Source: Thermoleophilia bacterium (GTDB lineage Bacteria; Actinomycetota; Thermoleophilia; Gaiellales; JAICJC01). Taken from it: 64,000 nt of DNA. A model generated the notes under the pieces. That model was not told the origin of the DNA. It worked only from the letters and a program-made list of their open reading frames with translations, and did not search any database. The position numbers and the translations under genes are program-made. Positions within the stretch are counted from its first letter, which is position 1, and each line of letters begins with the position of its first letter. Positions 26,909-37,739 of this stretch are shown here, piece by piece. The DNA lies in NCBI GenBank assembly GCA_025934255.1, contig JAICYJ010000009.1:2804-66803 (forward strand). Reading direction: 5' to 3'.

Positions 26909-28003
26909 ATGACCGCCATCCCCTTCACCCGCGGCGTGCCCTCGTCCGACATGCTGCCGGTGGCCGACCTGGAGCAGGCGGCGGTCACGGCGCTGCGCGA
27001 GGACGGAGCCCGCGCGCTGGCCTACTCGCCGGGCGGGTACATGCCGCTGCGCGAGTGGATCGGCGAGCGCCACCGCGTTGACCCGGCGCGGGTGCTGCTC
27101 GTCAACGGCTCCCTGCAGGGCGTCGCCTTCCTGGCGCAGCACCTGTTCCTGGGCCGCGGCGGCGTCGCGATCACCGAGGATCCCACCTACGACCGCACCC
27201 TGATCTCGCTGCGCACGTTCGGCGCCGAGGTGGTCGCCGTTCCGGTGACCCCGGCCGGCGTCGACGTGGACGCGCTCGAGCGGACGCTGGCGCAGCGGCC
27301 GGCGCGGATGCTGTACCTGATCCCGACCTTCCAGAACCCGTCCGGCGTGTCGCTGCCCGAGCAGGGCCGGCGCCGGGTGGTCGAGCTGGCCCGCCGGCAC
27401 GAGGTGCTGGTGGTCGAGGATGATCCCTACGGCCTGCTGCGGTTCGAGGGCGAGCCGGCGCCGACGCTGCACGAGCTGGACGGCGGCGACAACGTCGTCT
27501 ACTCCTGCTCGTTCACCAAGACGGTGGCGCCCGGCATCCGCACCGGCTACCTGTTGCTGCCCGAGCAGATGGCGGGCGCGATGGCGCGTCTCTCGGAGAA
27601 CACCCTGATCGCGCCCAACACGTTCGCCGAGGCGGCGCTGGCGGCCTACTGCCGGGCCGGCAAGTTCGAGCCCAACGTGGAACGGGCCACGGCCACCCTC
27701 AAGCAGCGGCGCGACGCGATGGAGGCGGCGCTTCGTGAGCACTTCCCCGCGGGCGCCCGCTGGACGACGCCCGAGGGCGGCTACTTCTACTGGGTCGACC
27801 TGCCCGAGCAGATCGACACCGCCGAGCTGCTGCCGCAGGCGGCCGAGCGCGGCGTGCCCTACATCAGCGGCAAGGAGTTCAGCCCCCGCGGCCGCTCCTC
27901 GCTGCGCCTGGCCTTCAGCGCCGTCGCGCCGGAGCAGATCAGCGAGGGCGTTGCCCGGCTGGGCGCGCTCTTCAGCGAAGCGCTGACGCCCGCCGGCGTC
28001 TAG
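26909..28003 (+). CDS. class I/II PLP aminotransferase (LysN/2-aminoadipate-transaminase-like)
   Basis: MTAIPFTRGVPS..., PTFQNPSG, SFTKTVAPGIRTGY (PLP lysine). Confidence 0.85.
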   Translation: MTAIPFTRGVPSSDMLPVADLEQAAVTALREDGARALAYSPGGYMPLREWIGERHRVDPARVLLVNGSLQGVAFLAQHLFLGRGGVAITEDPTYDRTLISLRTFGAEVVAVPVTPAGVDVDALERTLAQRPARMLYLIPTFQNPSGVSLPEQGRRRVVELARRHEVLVVEDDPYGLLRFEGEPAPTLHELDGGDNVVYSCSFTKTVAPGIRTGYLLLPEQMAGAMARLSENTLIAPNTFAEAALAAYCRAGKFEPNVERATATLKQRRDAMEAALREHFPAGARWTTPEGGYFYWVDLPEQIDTAELLPQAAERGVPYISGKEFSPRGRSSLRLAFSAVAPEQISEGVARLGALFSEALTPAGV

Positions 28004-28024
28004 AGGATGTGGGCCCGCGATCGG

Positions 28025-28243
28025 TCAGGCGGCGCCGACGGCAGCGATCCGCGGGCCCGCGATCCAGACGGGCGCCTGCAACTCGGGGAGTGGCTCGACC
28101 AGGCGCGCCTGGGGAGGCGCCACCATCTCGCCTCTTACGGCCGGCCGGAAGGTCGGACACGGTTCGCTCAGATCGAGCGCGCAGAGGCTCGTCTTGCGAA
28201 AAAAGCAGTCGTTGCAGGTGACGCGTCGCGCCTTCTGTGCCAC
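28025..28243 (-). CDS. small Cys-rich protein (72 aa), unknown function
   Basis: GTG start 6 nt after AGGAAGG. The N-terminal segment RRVTCNDCFFRKTSLCALDLSEPCPTF has 4 Cys. Confidence 0.5.
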   Translation of the reverse strand: MAQKARRVTCNDCFFRKTSLCALDLSEPCPTFRPAVRGEMVAPPQARLVEPLPELQAPVWIAGPRIAAVGAA

Positions 28244-28370
28244 GTGGAGACCTTCCTGTATCGATGAACCGACCGTGCCGAGGGCGCAGTGTACGCAATC
28301 GCCCCCCTCCCGATCCAGCGTTGTCTAGCGAGAAATAGCGCTGTTTGCGGCAGATCGATTCACCGGTTCG

Positions 28371-29393
28371 TCACCGTGGCGGCAGCCCGCGGATGACCGA
28401 CAGCGCCTGCTCGAAACTGGTCACGGCGATCACGTGGATGCGGCCGTGCGCCGTGCGCCGCGCGTCCTTGAAATTATCGCCGGCCGGGACCAGGAAGGTG
28501 TCGGCGCCGGCGTTGATCGCGCCGATCGTCTTCTGGTTGACGCCGCCGATCTCGTGTACGCCGCCGGCCAGGTCGAGCTCGCCGGTGACCGCGATCTTGT
28601 GTCCGCGCAGCAGGTGGCGGCCGCTCAGCGAGTCGTAGATCTCGAGCGCGAACGCGAGGCCGGCCGACGGCCCGCCGATCGACCCGGTCGAGAACCGGAC
28701 CGGTATCGGGATGTGGCCGACGTGCACGGCGTCGCCGATCGAGACGCCGATCAGCGCGCGCGGCGGGTGGTCGGTGCTGGCGATGGTGCCGACCGTGACG
28801 TCCCCGGCCTGCTTCAGCGTCAGGTGCACCGTCTGCCCCGGCTTGACCGGCTGCATGGCCCTGATCATATCCCCGGCCGTGTGCACCGGGCGGCCGTTGG
28901 CCTCCGTCACGATGTCGCCCGGCTTGAGGCCGGCCCTGGCGGCCGGGTCACCCGGCTGGACGCCCAGCAGCTGCGCGCCCAGCTTCTCGATCGCGACCTG
29001 TTTGCCCAGCGCGTGCTCGGCCACCACCTGCGCGGTCTGCTGGGAGTTGGTCATCGCGCGCGCGTCCTCGGTGATGTGCTCCTGGTCGGACTGGCCCGGC
29101 GCCAGCACCTGGTTGTCGGGCACCAGCTGGGCGCCCTCGACCAGGTGCTCCGCCCACAGCTTCTGGATCAGGTTTGCCTGCAGCTCGTTGACGTCGACGA
29201 AGTAGAAGCCCGATCCGTTGGCCGGCGGCTTGCCGCCCGGCGCGTGGACGACGTTTGCGGCGGGGTGGGCGTTGTCAGGCAGGAGCGCGAAGTAGCCGGA
29301 CTGGGTGGTCCAGCCGTAGACGCCCACCACGAGCACGAGGAAGAAGGCCGCCACGCCAACCAGCGACCAGCGCACACGACGCAGCAGCTTCAT
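28371..29393 (-). CDS. PDZ domain-containing S16 (Lon-like) protease, YlbL/SdrC-type
   Basis: N-terminal TM segment, PDZ (GLKPGDIVTEANGRPV), Lon-protease-like SIGGPSAGLAFALEI. Start MKLLRRV overlaps the rhomboid stop (ATGA). Confidence 0.85.
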   Translation of the reverse strand: MKLLRRVRWSLVGVAAFFLVLVVGVYGWTTQSGYFALLPDNAHPAANVVHAPGGKPPANGSGFYFVDVNELQANLIQKLWAEHLVEGAQLVPDNQVLAPGQSDQEHITEDARAMTNSQQTAQVVAEHALGKQVAIEKLGAQLLGVQPGDPAARAGLKPGDIVTEANGRPVHTAGDMIRAMQPVKPGQTVHLTLKQAGDVTVGTIASTDHPPRALIGVSIGDAVHVGHIPIPVRFSTGSIGGPSAGLAFALEIYDSLSGRHLLRGHKIAVTGELDLAGGVHEIGGVNQKTIGAINAGADTFLVPAGDNFKDARRTAHGRIHVIAVTSFEQALSVIRGLPPR

Positions 29394-30235
29394 CCGCCCG
29401 CCACCGCCAGCGACCCGGCGATGGTGCCGGTTGCGATCAGCATTAGCCCCAGCGCCACCGAGGGCGTCAGCCGGCCGTGCGCGAGGTGGCCGCGCCCGTA
29501 GCCCGAGAGCACGACGCCGGTCAGCACGCCGCCGATCAGCCCGCCGATGTGACCGCCCACCGAGATCGACCCGGAGTAGGCGAAGGTGAAGATCAGGTTG
29601 ACCACCAGCAGGCCGCCGATCGATCCGCCCAGCAGCTGCACCCCGCGGTGGCGCTCCAGCACTAGCATCGCCCCCATCAGCCCGAAGATCGCCCCGGAGG
29701 CGCCGGCCGTCAGCGAGTTGGGTGACAGCAGCAGGGCTCCGAAGCTGCCGGACAGCGCCGAGAGCAGGTAGATCAGGCCGAAGCGAAGGCTGCCCACGTA
29801 TCGCTCCAGCGAGCTGCCCAGCAGGTACAGCGCGTACATGTTGAACGCCAGGTGCAGCAGCCCGTAGTGGATGAACGCGGAGCTGACCAACCGGTAGTAC
29901 TGGCCGTCGTGGACGGCCGGGCCCCATAGCGCCAGGTGCAGCCCCAGCGAGTTCAGCTGGCCGCCGGTGCCGAACAGGCCGCCACCGCCGCCACCGCCGT
30001 TGATGTTGTTGGTGGCGATGAACAGCAGCACGTTGGCCGCGATCAGGCCGTAGGTCAGCCGCGGCTCGTTGGCCATCATGAACGCCGGCAGCTGGCTGCG
30101 CGCGCGCTGGCCGGCGCACTCCGGGCAGCGCACGCCCACCGGCGTCTGCCGCATGCAGTCGGGGCAGATCGGCCGGCCGCAGTTCGAGCAGCTGACGTTG
30201 GTCTCACGATCGGGATGGCGATAGCACGTGGCCAT
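29390..30235 (-). CDS. rhomboid family intramembrane serine protease with N-terminal zinc ribbon
   Basis: CYRHPDRETNVSCSNCGRPICPDC, catalytic GASGAIFG and GGHIGG. Start taken at ATG 30235 (the track uses TTG at 30244). Confidence 0.85.
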   Translation of the reverse strand: MATCYRHPDRETNVSCSNCGRPICPDCMRQTPVGVRCPECAGQRARSQLPAFMMANEPRLTYGLIAANVLLFIATNNINGGGGGGGLFGTGGQLNSLGLHLALWGPAVHDGQYYRLVSSAFIHYGLLHLAFNMYALYLLGSSLERYVGSLRFGLIYLLSALSGSFGALLLSPNSLTAGASGAIFGLMGAMLVLERHRGVQLLGGSIGGLLVVNLIFTFAYSGSISVGGHIGGLIGGVLTGVVLSGYGRGHLAHGRLTPSVALGLMLIATGTIAGSLAVAGG

Positions 30236-30243
30236 GGATCCCA

Positions 30244-30249
30244 ATTGTA
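30244..30249 (-). promoter_or_regulatory. -10 box TACAAT (complement), 8 nt upstream of the rhomboid ATG
   Basis: Complement reads TACAAT-tgggatcc-ATG. Confidence 0.35.
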
Positions 30250-30263
30250 GGTAGCCCAGATTG

Positions 30264-31025
30264 CTACCAGATTCCCCGCAGCGCGCCGCCGTCGATCGGC
30301 AGCACCGCTCCGGTGATGTATCCCGCGTGCTGTGAGCAGAGGTAGGCCACCAGCGCGCCCACCTCCGCCGGGGCGGCCAGCCGGCCCACCGGGATCGCCT
30401 CGATGTCGCGCTTGGCGGCGGCCTCGGGGTCGGGGTGGTGGCTCCACAGCTCTCGCACCCGCGGCGTGTCGATCTTGCCGGGGGCGATCGTGTTCACCGT
30501 GATGCCCTCCCGGCCGACCTCCTGTGCCAGCGTCTTCGCCCACCCGACGACGCCCGGGCGGATCGCGTTGGACAGCATCAGGTTGGGGATCGGCTCGCGC
30601 ACCGACCACGAGGTGATGTTGACGATGCGGCCGCGGCCGCTCTGCTTGAGGTGGGGCAGCGCCAGCCGCGTCAGGCGCACGGCCGAGTTCAGCGACAGCT
30701 CGAAGGCCTCGGCCCAGGCCTCGGCCGGGGTCGACTCGAACGTCCCCGGTGCCGGGCCGCCGGCGTTGTTGACGACGATGTCGAGCCGCCCGCGTTCCTC
30801 CACCGTGCGGCCCACGGCCTGCTCGAGAGCGCCCTGGTCACGGACGTCTCCGGGTACCGCGATCGCTCCCGGGATACCGGCGGCCGCCTGCTCGAGCTTG
30901 TCCGGGGTGCGCGCCAGCATCGTCACGGCGCAGCCCTCGGACGCGAGCGCCCCGGCGATCGCCAGGCCCATCCCCGAGGATGCCCCGCCCACGACGGCCG
31001 CTGTTCCTTCCAGACCGAGATCCAT
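30264..31025 (-). CDS. SDR family oxidoreductase
   Basis: GGASSGMGLAIA cofactor loop and NNAG motif, 253 aa. Confidence 0.9.
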   Translation of the reverse strand: MDLGLEGTAAVVGGASSGMGLAIAGALASEGCAVTMLARTPDKLEQAAAGIPGAIAVPGDVRDQGALEQAVGRTVEERGRLDIVVNNAGGPAPGTFESTPAEAWAEAFELSLNSAVRLTRLALPHLKQSGRGRIVNITSWSVREPIPNLMLSNAIRPGVVGWAKTLAQEVGREGITVNTIAPGKIDTPRVRELWSHHPDPEAAAKRDIEAIPVGRLAAPAEVGALVAYLCSQHAGYITGAVLPIDGGALRGIW

Positions 31026-31031
31026 GACCGG

Positions 31032-31038
31032 TACGATA
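31032..31038. promoter_or_regulatory. overlapping divergent -10 boxes (TACGAT on +, TATCGT on -) in a 20-bp intergenic region
   Basis: TACGAT 31032-31037 lies 8 nt before ATG 31046. The complement TATCGT 31038-31033 lies 7 nt before ATG 31025. Confidence 0.35.
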
Positions 31039-31045
31039 ACGGGCC

Positions 31046-32008
31046 ATGCGCTACGGCCCCGCCGACTCCTCGAAGACCCCTCGCTTCACCGGGGTCCGCA
31101 CCTTCATGCGGCTGCCCTTCGTGGAGACGCTGGACGACGTGGACGTCGCCATCATCGGGGTGCCGACCGACGACGCCGTGTCGTTCAAGTCGGGCGCGCG
31201 GTTCGGGCCGGAGGCGATCCGCAGCGCGTCGGCGCTGCTGCGCCCGTACAACCAGCGCCTGCGGGTGGACGTGACCGAGCAGCTCTCGATGATCGACCAC
31301 GGCGACCTGCCGACGGTGCCCGGCTACCACGAGCGCACGCTGGACCTGATCCGGGAGCACCTGGAGCCGGTGCACCGCGCGGGTGTGGTGCCGCTATGCC
31401 TCGGTGGCGACCACTCGATGGTGCTGGCCGAGCTACGGGCGGCGGCCGCGGTGCACGGTCAGCTTGCGCTGGTGCACCTGGATGCCCACGCCGACATCTG
31501 GGAGTCGTACTACGGCGCCCGCTACTTCCACGGCACCGTGTTCAAGCGCGCGGTCGAGGAGGGTCTGGTCGACGCCTCGGCCTCGGTGCAGGCGGGGATG
31601 CGCGGGACGCTCTACGGAGAGAGCGACATCGAGGAGCCGCGCCGGCTCGGGTACGACGCCATCTACTGGGACGAGCTCGAGCAGCTGACTCCGGGGGCGT
31701 ACGGCGACCGGGTGCGGGCGCGGGTCGGTGACCGCCCGGCATTCCTGTCGTTCGACATCGACTTCGTCGATCCGGCGTTCGCGCCGGCGACGGGCACGCC
31801 CGAGGTGGGTGGTCCCTCGAGCGGCCAGGCGCTGGCCTACCTGCGCGCGCTGCACGGGATCGACTTCCGCGGCTTCGACTGCGTCGAGGTGGCGCCGGTC
31901 TACGACCAGCCGGCCAACATCACCGCCTGGGTGGCGGCCAGCGCCTGCTTCGAGATGCTGTCGCTGCTGGCCGTCGGGCGCCGCGGCGGCGCTGCTACAG
32001 GCCCATGA
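31046..32008 (+). CDS. speB: agmatinase/ureohydrolase family protein
   Basis: Arginase-fold Mn motifs [23 protein letters not shown]. Confidence 0.85.
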   Translation: MRYGPADSSKTPRFTGVRTFMRLPFVETLDDVDVAIIGVPTDDAVSFKSGARFGPEAIRSASALLRPYNQRLRVDVTEQLSMIDHGDLPTVPGYHERTLDLIREHLEPVHRAGVVPLCLGGDHSMVLAELRAAAAVHGQLALVHLDAHADIWESYYGARYFHGTVFKRAVEEGLVDASASVQAGMRGTLYGESDIEEPRRLGYDAIYWDELEQLTPGAYGDRVRARVGDRPAFLSFDIDFVDPAFAPATGTPEVGGPSSGQALAYLRALHGIDFRGFDCVEVAPVYDQPANITAWVAASACFEMLSLLAVGRRGGAATGP

Positions 32009-32924
32009 CGCCGACCAGCTCCCGCACGGCCTCGGCCGAGCGGTTCAGCTGCGCCTGCTCGTGGTCGGTCAGGTTCAGCTTGATGATCTCCTCGAGCCCG
32101 CCCGCGCCCAGCCGGCAGGGGACGCCCATGAAGATGCCGTTCAGCCCGAACTCGCCGGTCAGGTAGGCGGCGCAGGGCAGCACCCGCTTCTGGTCCTGCA
32201 CGATCGAGTCGACCATCTCGACCACCGACGCGGACGGCGCGTAGTAGGCCGATCCCGACTTCAGCAGCTTCACGACCTCGGCGCCGCCGTCGCGGGTGCG
32301 CTGCACGATCTCGGCCAGCCGCTCCTGCCCGATCAGGTCGGTGATGGGGATCCCGGCCACGTTGGTGTACGAGGTGACGGGCACCATCTGGTCGCCGTGG
32401 CCGCCCAGCACGAAGCCGGTGACGTCGCGCACCGAGACGCCCAGCTCCCAGGCCAGGAAGGTTCGGAAGCGGGCCGAGTCGAGCACACCGGCCATCCCGA
32501 TCACCCGCTCACGGGGCAGCTTGGCCTCGGCGAACGCCACCTGGCACATGGCGTCCAGCGGGTTGGTGACCACGATCAGGATCGTGTCGGGTGAGCGTGA
32601 CACCAGGTTCTGGGTCACGTCCGCGACGATCTTCTGGTTGGTCGTGAGCAGGTCGTCCCGGCTCATGCCCGGCTTGCGCGCGATCCCGGACGTGATCACG
32701 CAGACGTCCGACCCGGCCGTCTCCTCGTACCCGTTGGTGCCGATCACGTTGGGCTCGTACCCGAGCACCGGGCCGGTCTCGTTCAGGTCGAGCGCCTTGC
32801 CCTGCGGCAGCCCCTCGACGATGTCGACCAAAACGACGTCGGCATAGTCCCGCTCGGCCAGTCGCTGGGCGGTGGTCGCGCCGACGTTTCCGGCACCGAC
32901 GACCGTGATCTTGAGACGACTCAT
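31995..32924 (-). CDS. mdh: malate dehydrogenase (LDH-like)
   Basis: [19 protein letters not shown]..., [13 protein letters not shown]. Only the 3' 930 nt of the 755-aa track ORF is real. GGGGGGAA RBS. Confidence 0.93.
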   Translation of the reverse strand: MSRLKITVVGAGNVGATTAQRLAERDYADVVLVDIVEGLPQGKALDLNETGPVLGYEPNVIGTNGYEETAGSDVCVITSGIARKPGMSRDDLLTTNQKIVADVTQNLVSRSPDTILIVVTNPLDAMCQVAFAEAKLPRERVIGMAGVLDSARFRTFLAWELGVSVRDVTGFVLGGHGDQMVPVTSYTNVAGIPITDLIGQERLAEIVQRTRDGGAEVVKLLKSGSAYYAPSASVVEMVDSIVQDQKRVLPCAAYLTGEFGLNGIFMGVPCRLGAGGLEEIIKLNLTDHEQAQLNRSAEAVRELVGVMGL

Positions 32925-33038
32925 AGTGGTGGTTCCCCCCGGGATAAAGACGGTTGCTGGCGGTTCAAAATTGCGGCAGGCATCTTCGCACGAACGGCTA
33001 CCATCCGGTCGAAGTCGAAGCGATTGGAAAGGCGCGTG

Positions 33039-34175
33039 ATGGCGGACAAGGGTGGACTCGAGGGGATCGTCGTCGCGCGCAGCCGTCTCTGCTCGATCGA
33101 CGGCCAGAAGGGCGTTCTCATCTACGGCGGGTACGACGTCGGCGACCTCGCCGAGCACTCGAGCTACGAGGAGACGTGCTTCCTGATCCTGCGCGGCCGG
33201 CTGCCCCGCCGCGACGAGCTGGACGCCTTCACGTCCGACCTGGCCGCGGCCAGCCCGTTGTCCGGTGAGACCGCGGCCGTGATCGACATGCTTGCCAGCC
33301 ACGCCGCCCCGATGGAGATGCTGCGCACCGCCGTTTCGGCCGACTCGTTCGACGACCCGGACAAGGACTCGAACGCCGAGGAGGCCAATTTCCGGAAGGC
33401 CACCCGGCTGATCGCGAAGATGCCGACGATGGTGGCGCGCTACGACCGCCGCCGCCGCGAGCTGGATCCGGTCGAGCCCGATCCTGGCCTCGGCCACGCC
33501 GCGAACTTCCTGTACATGCTGTCGGGGGAGCGGCCCGACCAGCAGGCGGCCCGCACGTTCGACGTGGCGCTGATCCTGCACGCCGACCACGAGATGAACG
33601 CCTCCACGTTCACGGCGCGGGTGATCGCATCGACGCTCTCGGACATGCACTCCGCCATCACCGGCGCCATCGGCGCGCTCAAGGGGCCGCTGCACGGCGG
33701 CGCCAACGAGCAGGTGATGCACCTGCTGATGGACATCGGCAGCGACGAGAACATCGAGCAGGAGATCCGCGGCCGACTGGATCGCAAGGAGCGGATCATG
33801 GGCTTCGGCCACCGCGTCTACAAGACCTACGACCCGCGCGCCGTGATCCTCAAGCGCTACTCGCGGACGCTGGCCGAGCGCTCCGACGAGCCGCACTGGT
33901 TCGCGATGAGCGAGCACATCGAGAAGGCCGTGATGGAGGAGAAGGGTCTGTACCCGAACGTGGACTTCTACTCCGCCTCCACCTACCACTACCTCGGCAT
34001 CGAGACCGGGCTGTTCACGCCGATCTTCGCGATGAGCCGGGTGGTGGGCTGGGCCGCGCACGTGATCGAGCAGCACGGCGACAACCGCCTGATCCGACCC
34101 AGCTCGGAGTACGTTGGCCCGGCGCTTCGGCCCTACCAGCCGATCGAGCAGCGGACGGCGCCGGAAGCCGCCTGA
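33039..34175 (+). CDS. gltA: citrate synthase (or 2-methylcitrate synthase)
   Basis: GPLHGGAN and [15 protein letters not shown] motifs. ATG at 33039 is 6 nt after GGAAAGG. Confidence 0.9.
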   Translation: MADKGGLEGIVVARSRLCSIDGQKGVLIYGGYDVGDLAEHSSYEETCFLILRGRLPRRDELDAFTSDLAAASPLSGETAAVIDMLASHAAPMEMLRTAVSADSFDDPDKDSNAEEANFRKATRLIAKMPTMVARYDRRRRELDPVEPDPGLGHAANFLYMLSGERPDQQAARTFDVALILHADHEMNASTFTARVIASTLSDMHSAITGAIGALKGPLHGGANEQVMHLLMDIGSDENIEQEIRGRLDRKERIMGFGHRVYKTYDPRAVILKRYSRTLAERSDEPHWFAMSEHIEKAVMEEKGLYPNVDFYSASTYHYLGIETGLFTPIFAMSRVVGWAAHVIEQHGDNRLIRPSSEYVGPALRPYQPIEQRTAPEAA

Positions 34176-34267
34176 GCCGGTCCCGGTTGACAGATGAATC
34201 CCGTTGGGAGATGCTTGCCGGGCTGAAGCTCCGGTAGGAACATCTGATTGTTGGGGGGTCAACTGAC

Positions 34268-37200
34268 GTGACCGGCCATCGAACCGTGCGCATCGTCTGC
34301 GTCGGACTGCTGCTCGTGGCCGTCGCGTCCATCACCGGCGGCACCTCCGCGAGGAGTGCCGGGGATGTCACGATCACCATCACCCAGGACGCGACGCCGG
34401 TGGCCTCGAACGGCACCGACGGCGACTTCAACGTGGTCGTCACGGCGACCAACAACACCGGCGCGGACCTCAGCGCGGAGACCCTTGACCTCACCCTGAA
34501 CTTGCCTTCTGGGGTGGCACTCACGGGGTCGTCGACCGGCCTTTCCCTGTCGTCGTTGCCGACCGACACGACTCCCACCGTCGTGGCAACCATTCCTGCC
34601 CATGCCGGCCCGTCGGCATCGCCGGCAAGCGGCCTCACCGGCACGGGGACGATCAGCGGGGGTACGCCGGCCACGGTCGGCAACTACGACATCGCTGTGG
34701 ACCAGGTGGCCGACCTTGGTATCGCGTGGAGTGGGCTGCCGACGACGAATCAGGTGGCGGGTCTGGACTCGTTCAATGCGACGGCGACGGTGACGAATTA
34801 CGGGCCTTCGGATAGCGCCACTGGGTGGTCGGCGACGTTGACGGTGCCGACCGGGTTCGCGTTCACGTCGGCGACCGGGTGCACGATCTCGGGCGACAAG
34901 TTGACGGCGTCGTGTCCTTCGTCGGGTGTGAATCTTGATCCGACGGGTTCGTCGACGAAGGCGTTCCCGGTGTCGGTGAGCGTGTTGCACAACGCGGCGG
35001 CCGGCAGCGCGTCGATTGGCGCGTCGGTGACTCCTGATCCGTCGGTGCCTGAGGGCTCGGACACTCATCCTGATTCCAATCCCGGATCTGTTCCGGTGGT
35101 CGTTCAGGCCGATCTCGGAGTCGCCTGGAGCGGTCTGCCGACCACCAGTCAGGTGGCCGGCCAGGCTTCGTTCACCCCAACCGCGACCGTCACCAACACC
35201 GGGCCGTCGGACAGCGGCGGCGGCTGGTCGGCCAAGCTGACGCTCCCGACCGGGTTTGCGTTCCACGCGGCGCCCTCAGGCTGCACGTTGTCGGTCGCCA
35301 ACACGATCGCGACATGCCCCGGCCAGAATCTGGACCCGAGCTCGTCGTCGACCGACCATCGCGACTTCTCGGCGACGGTGGACGTTCTGCACAACGCACC
35401 GGTCGGCGACGATGGTGTGGAAGCCAAGGTCACCCCTGGCATCGACGAGGGTACGGATACTGCACCTGACGACGTCGTCAAGACCGTTCCGGTGATCGCG
35501 ATCGCCGATCTCGGAGTCGCGCTGACCGGCGTCCCCACCGCGAACCAGATCGCCGGCCAGGACTCCTTCCCCGCGACGCTCAACGTGACCAACCACGGTC
35601 CGTCCGACAGCGGCGCCGGCTGGTCGGCGTCGCTGACGATCCCGAGCGGCCTTGCCCTCGACACCTCCGTCGCGCTGCCGGGCGCCTGCTCGCAAGCCGC
35701 CGCTGTTGTCACCTGCAACGGCTCGAACATCGATCCCACCGCGGTGACACCCACCGTCCAGTTCCCGATCCAGGTGAAGGTGCTGCACGACGCGACGGTC
35801 GGCGATCACACGCTGAACGCTGCGGTTGCGCCGTCGCTGCCCGAGGGCGCCAACACCGCCACCAACACCACCTCCGCGCCCGTGCACGTGATCGCGCGCG
35901 CGGACCTGGCCCTGTCGGTGTCGACCACACCTGGCTCTGGTGCGTCACCCCCCTATGTGGCGGGCGACGGCACCAAGGGTGCATTCTCCTACGTGTACAC
36001 CGTCACCAACAACGGGCCGTCCGACCACAACGGCGACTTCACCGTCACCGACACGCTCCCGGCCGGGTTCGTGTTCCAGTCGGGGGCCGGGTGTGGTGCG
36101 GTCGGCCAGGTCGTGACCTGCACCGACAGCTCCGTCCTCGATCCCACCAGCCCGACCGGCAAGAGCCACGTCTTCACCGTTGGTGTCAAGGTCGATCACA
36201 CGGTGGCAGACAACAGCTACAGCGACAACGCGTCTGTGGCGACCGGGTCGACGGCGACTCCCGAGCCGGACAATCCGCCGAACAACAACTCGGCGAGTAC
36301 CTCCGTGTCGGTGATCACCAAGGCCGATCTGGTCATCACAGGTACCGGCGACGGTGCCTCACGCTCGCCGGCGCTGATCTTCGCGAACGGGACACTCAGT
36401 CAGAACACCGTCACCTTCACGGTCACGTTCCATAACGGTGGGCCGTCGGACGCGCGTCATTCGACGCTGAAGTTCAACTCGCTCTCATCGCACCTCGGCG
36501 GCGCCGATTGGTGCCTTGTGACAGGAAGCGTGGCGTGCGGTCCCAGCGACACGTTCACGACGTACAGCGACGCCACGGGTGTCGATGTCGGGACGCTGGC
36601 GCCGGGCGATTCGGCCACCGTCGTACTGCGCGCCCATGCCCTCTCGACCGACCGCAACGGCCCGTTCAACGTCGCTCAAGGATTCGCGGTCTCGCTGCCG
36701 CTGCCGACCACCGACGACACCCCCAGTAACAACACCACCACCGCGCCCTCGGTCGAGATCGACACGGTCTCCTCGCCGCCCCAGAACGTGCAGGCGGTGC
36801 CCGGCAACGGCAACGCGATCGTCACCTGGCAGGAGCCATCCAACCTCGGCGGCCCCACCCGGACGATCATCGACTACTCGGTGACGGTTACACCAAGCGT
36901 TCCGCTCTCGCCGTTCACCGTCTCGGCAGGCGCGACCAAGGTTGCCTGTCCGAACCTGACCACGAACGATTGCTACCAGCTCAACGTTTCCGGCCTGGCC
37001 GTCACCAAACCCGCCACGACCTACGTGTTCGCCGTCACGGCCCGAAACCAGGTCGGATCGAGCGACTCGGCCAGCGCAAGCGCGAAGCCGTCGGCCAACG
37101 CCGCCGCCGCCCTCGTTCCGGCCGCGGGCAGCACGTTGTCGACCTGCACCGTCGCCACCACCGCGCAGCCGGTCTGCGTGAGCTTCACCGTTCCCGGCGG

Positions 37201-37738
37201 CGGCAGCGGCGGCGTGTTCGGCACGCTTGGCGGCTTCCCCGACGTAATTTTGCCCGGTGGCTTCTGTGGGGCGGGGGCCACCTGTAACACTCCGAGCGCA
37301 TCGTCGGGCATTGGACCGCTGAGTGCCTACCTCAATCGGAAGAATCCGATCAAGGAAACGATTCTCTGGGACTCGAGCACGATCCCGGCGAGTGCGCTGA
37401 AGGCGAACTCCTGCGGAGCCAACAAGACGATCATCACGTGTTTCCCCAACAACGTGACGTTCTACGACGAGTCGTCGACCGCCCTGGCGGCCAACCAGCC
37501 GTCGGAACCCATGAACGCGCCCGGGCACATCCATTTCTGCGCCGACTCTCCCCGGAAGGGCGGCGCCGGCAACGTCAACTGGGCACGGTCGACGCCCTAC
37601 ACCGACTCGGCCGGCAGCGCGTGCATCCAGAGCATGACGGTGCAGACCGGTCAGCCTGGCCGCGACGCGCAGAAGGGTGACGTCCAGGTCGTCCTGCTGT
37701 TCACATCAGACAGCGACATCATCCAGGGGCATCGCTAG
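34268..37738 (+). CDS. secreted DUF11-repeat / fibronectin type III domain surface protein (1156 aa)
   Basis: Signal peptide. Six roughly 130-aa modules with the VTN.GPSD core typical of DUF11. FN3-like segment about 36773-37094 ([21 protein letters not shown]...). Cys-containing C-terminal domain of about 210 aa. Confidence 0.85.
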   Translation: MTGHRTVRIVCVGLLLVAVASITGGTSARSAGDVTITITQDATPVASNGTDGDFNVVVTATNNTGADLSAETLDLTLNLPSGVALTGSSTGLSLSSLPTDTTPTVVATIPAHAGPSASPASGLTGTGTISGGTPATVGNYDIAVDQVADLGIAWSGLPTTNQVAGLDSFNATATVTNYGPSDSATGWSATLTVPTGFAFTSATGCTISGDKLTASCPSSGVNLDPTGSSTKAFPVSVSVLHNAAAGSASIGASVTPDPSVPEGSDTHPDSNPGSVPVVVQADLGVAWSGLPTTSQVAGQASFTPTATVTNTGPSDSGGGWSAKLTLPTGFAFHAAPSGCTLSVANTIATCPGQNLDPSSSSTDHRDFSATVDVLHNAPVGDDGVEAKVTPGIDEGTDTAPDDVVKTVPVIAIADLGVALTGVPTANQIAGQDSFPATLNVTNHGPSDSGAGWSASLTIPSGLALDTSVALPGACSQAAAVVTCNGSNIDPTAVTPTVQFPIQVKVLHDATVGDHTLNAAVAPSLPEGANTATNTTSAPVHVIARADLALSVSTTPGSGASPPYVAGDGTKGAFSYVYTVTNNGPSDHNGDFTVTDTLPAGFVFQSGAGCGAVGQVVTCTDSSVLDPTSPTGKSHVFTVGVKVDHTVADNSYSDNASVATGSTATPEPDNPPNNNSASTSVSVITKADLVITGTGDGASRSPALIFANGTLSQNTVTFTVTFHNGGPSDARHSTLKFNSLSSHLGGADWCLVTGSVACGPSDTFTTYSDATGVDVGTLAPGDSATVVLRAHALSTDRNGPFNVAQGFAVSLPLPTTDDTPSNNTTTAPSVEIDTVSSPPQNVQAVPGNGNAIVTWQEPSNLGGPTRTIIDYSVTVTPSVPLSPFTVSAGATKVACPNLTTNDCYQLNVSGLAVTKPATTYVFAVTARNQVGSSDSASASAKPSANAAAALVPAAGSTLSTCTVATTAQPVCVSFTVPGGGSGGVFGTLGGFPDVILPGGFCGAGATCNTPSASSGIGPLSAYLNRKNPIKETILWDSSTIPASALKANSCGANKTIITCFPNNVTFYDESSTALAANQPSEPMNAPGHIHFCADSPRKGGAGNVNWARSTPYTDSAGSACIQSMTVQTGQPGRDAQKGDVQVVLLFTSDSDIIQGHR
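34709..36772 (+). repeat. five tandem in-frame DUF11-like modules, each opening with ADL
   Basis: Module starts at 34709, 35108, 35504, 35900 and 36323, read from the translated protein. Confidence 0.7.
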
Positions 37739-37739
37739 G

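Noticed and set aside
32925-34262. 5' two-thirds of the 755-aa minus-strand ORF containing mdh
   Set aside because: The mdh sequence starts at the internal ATG at 32924, which has its own RBS. The upstream part is the antisense frame of citrate synthase.
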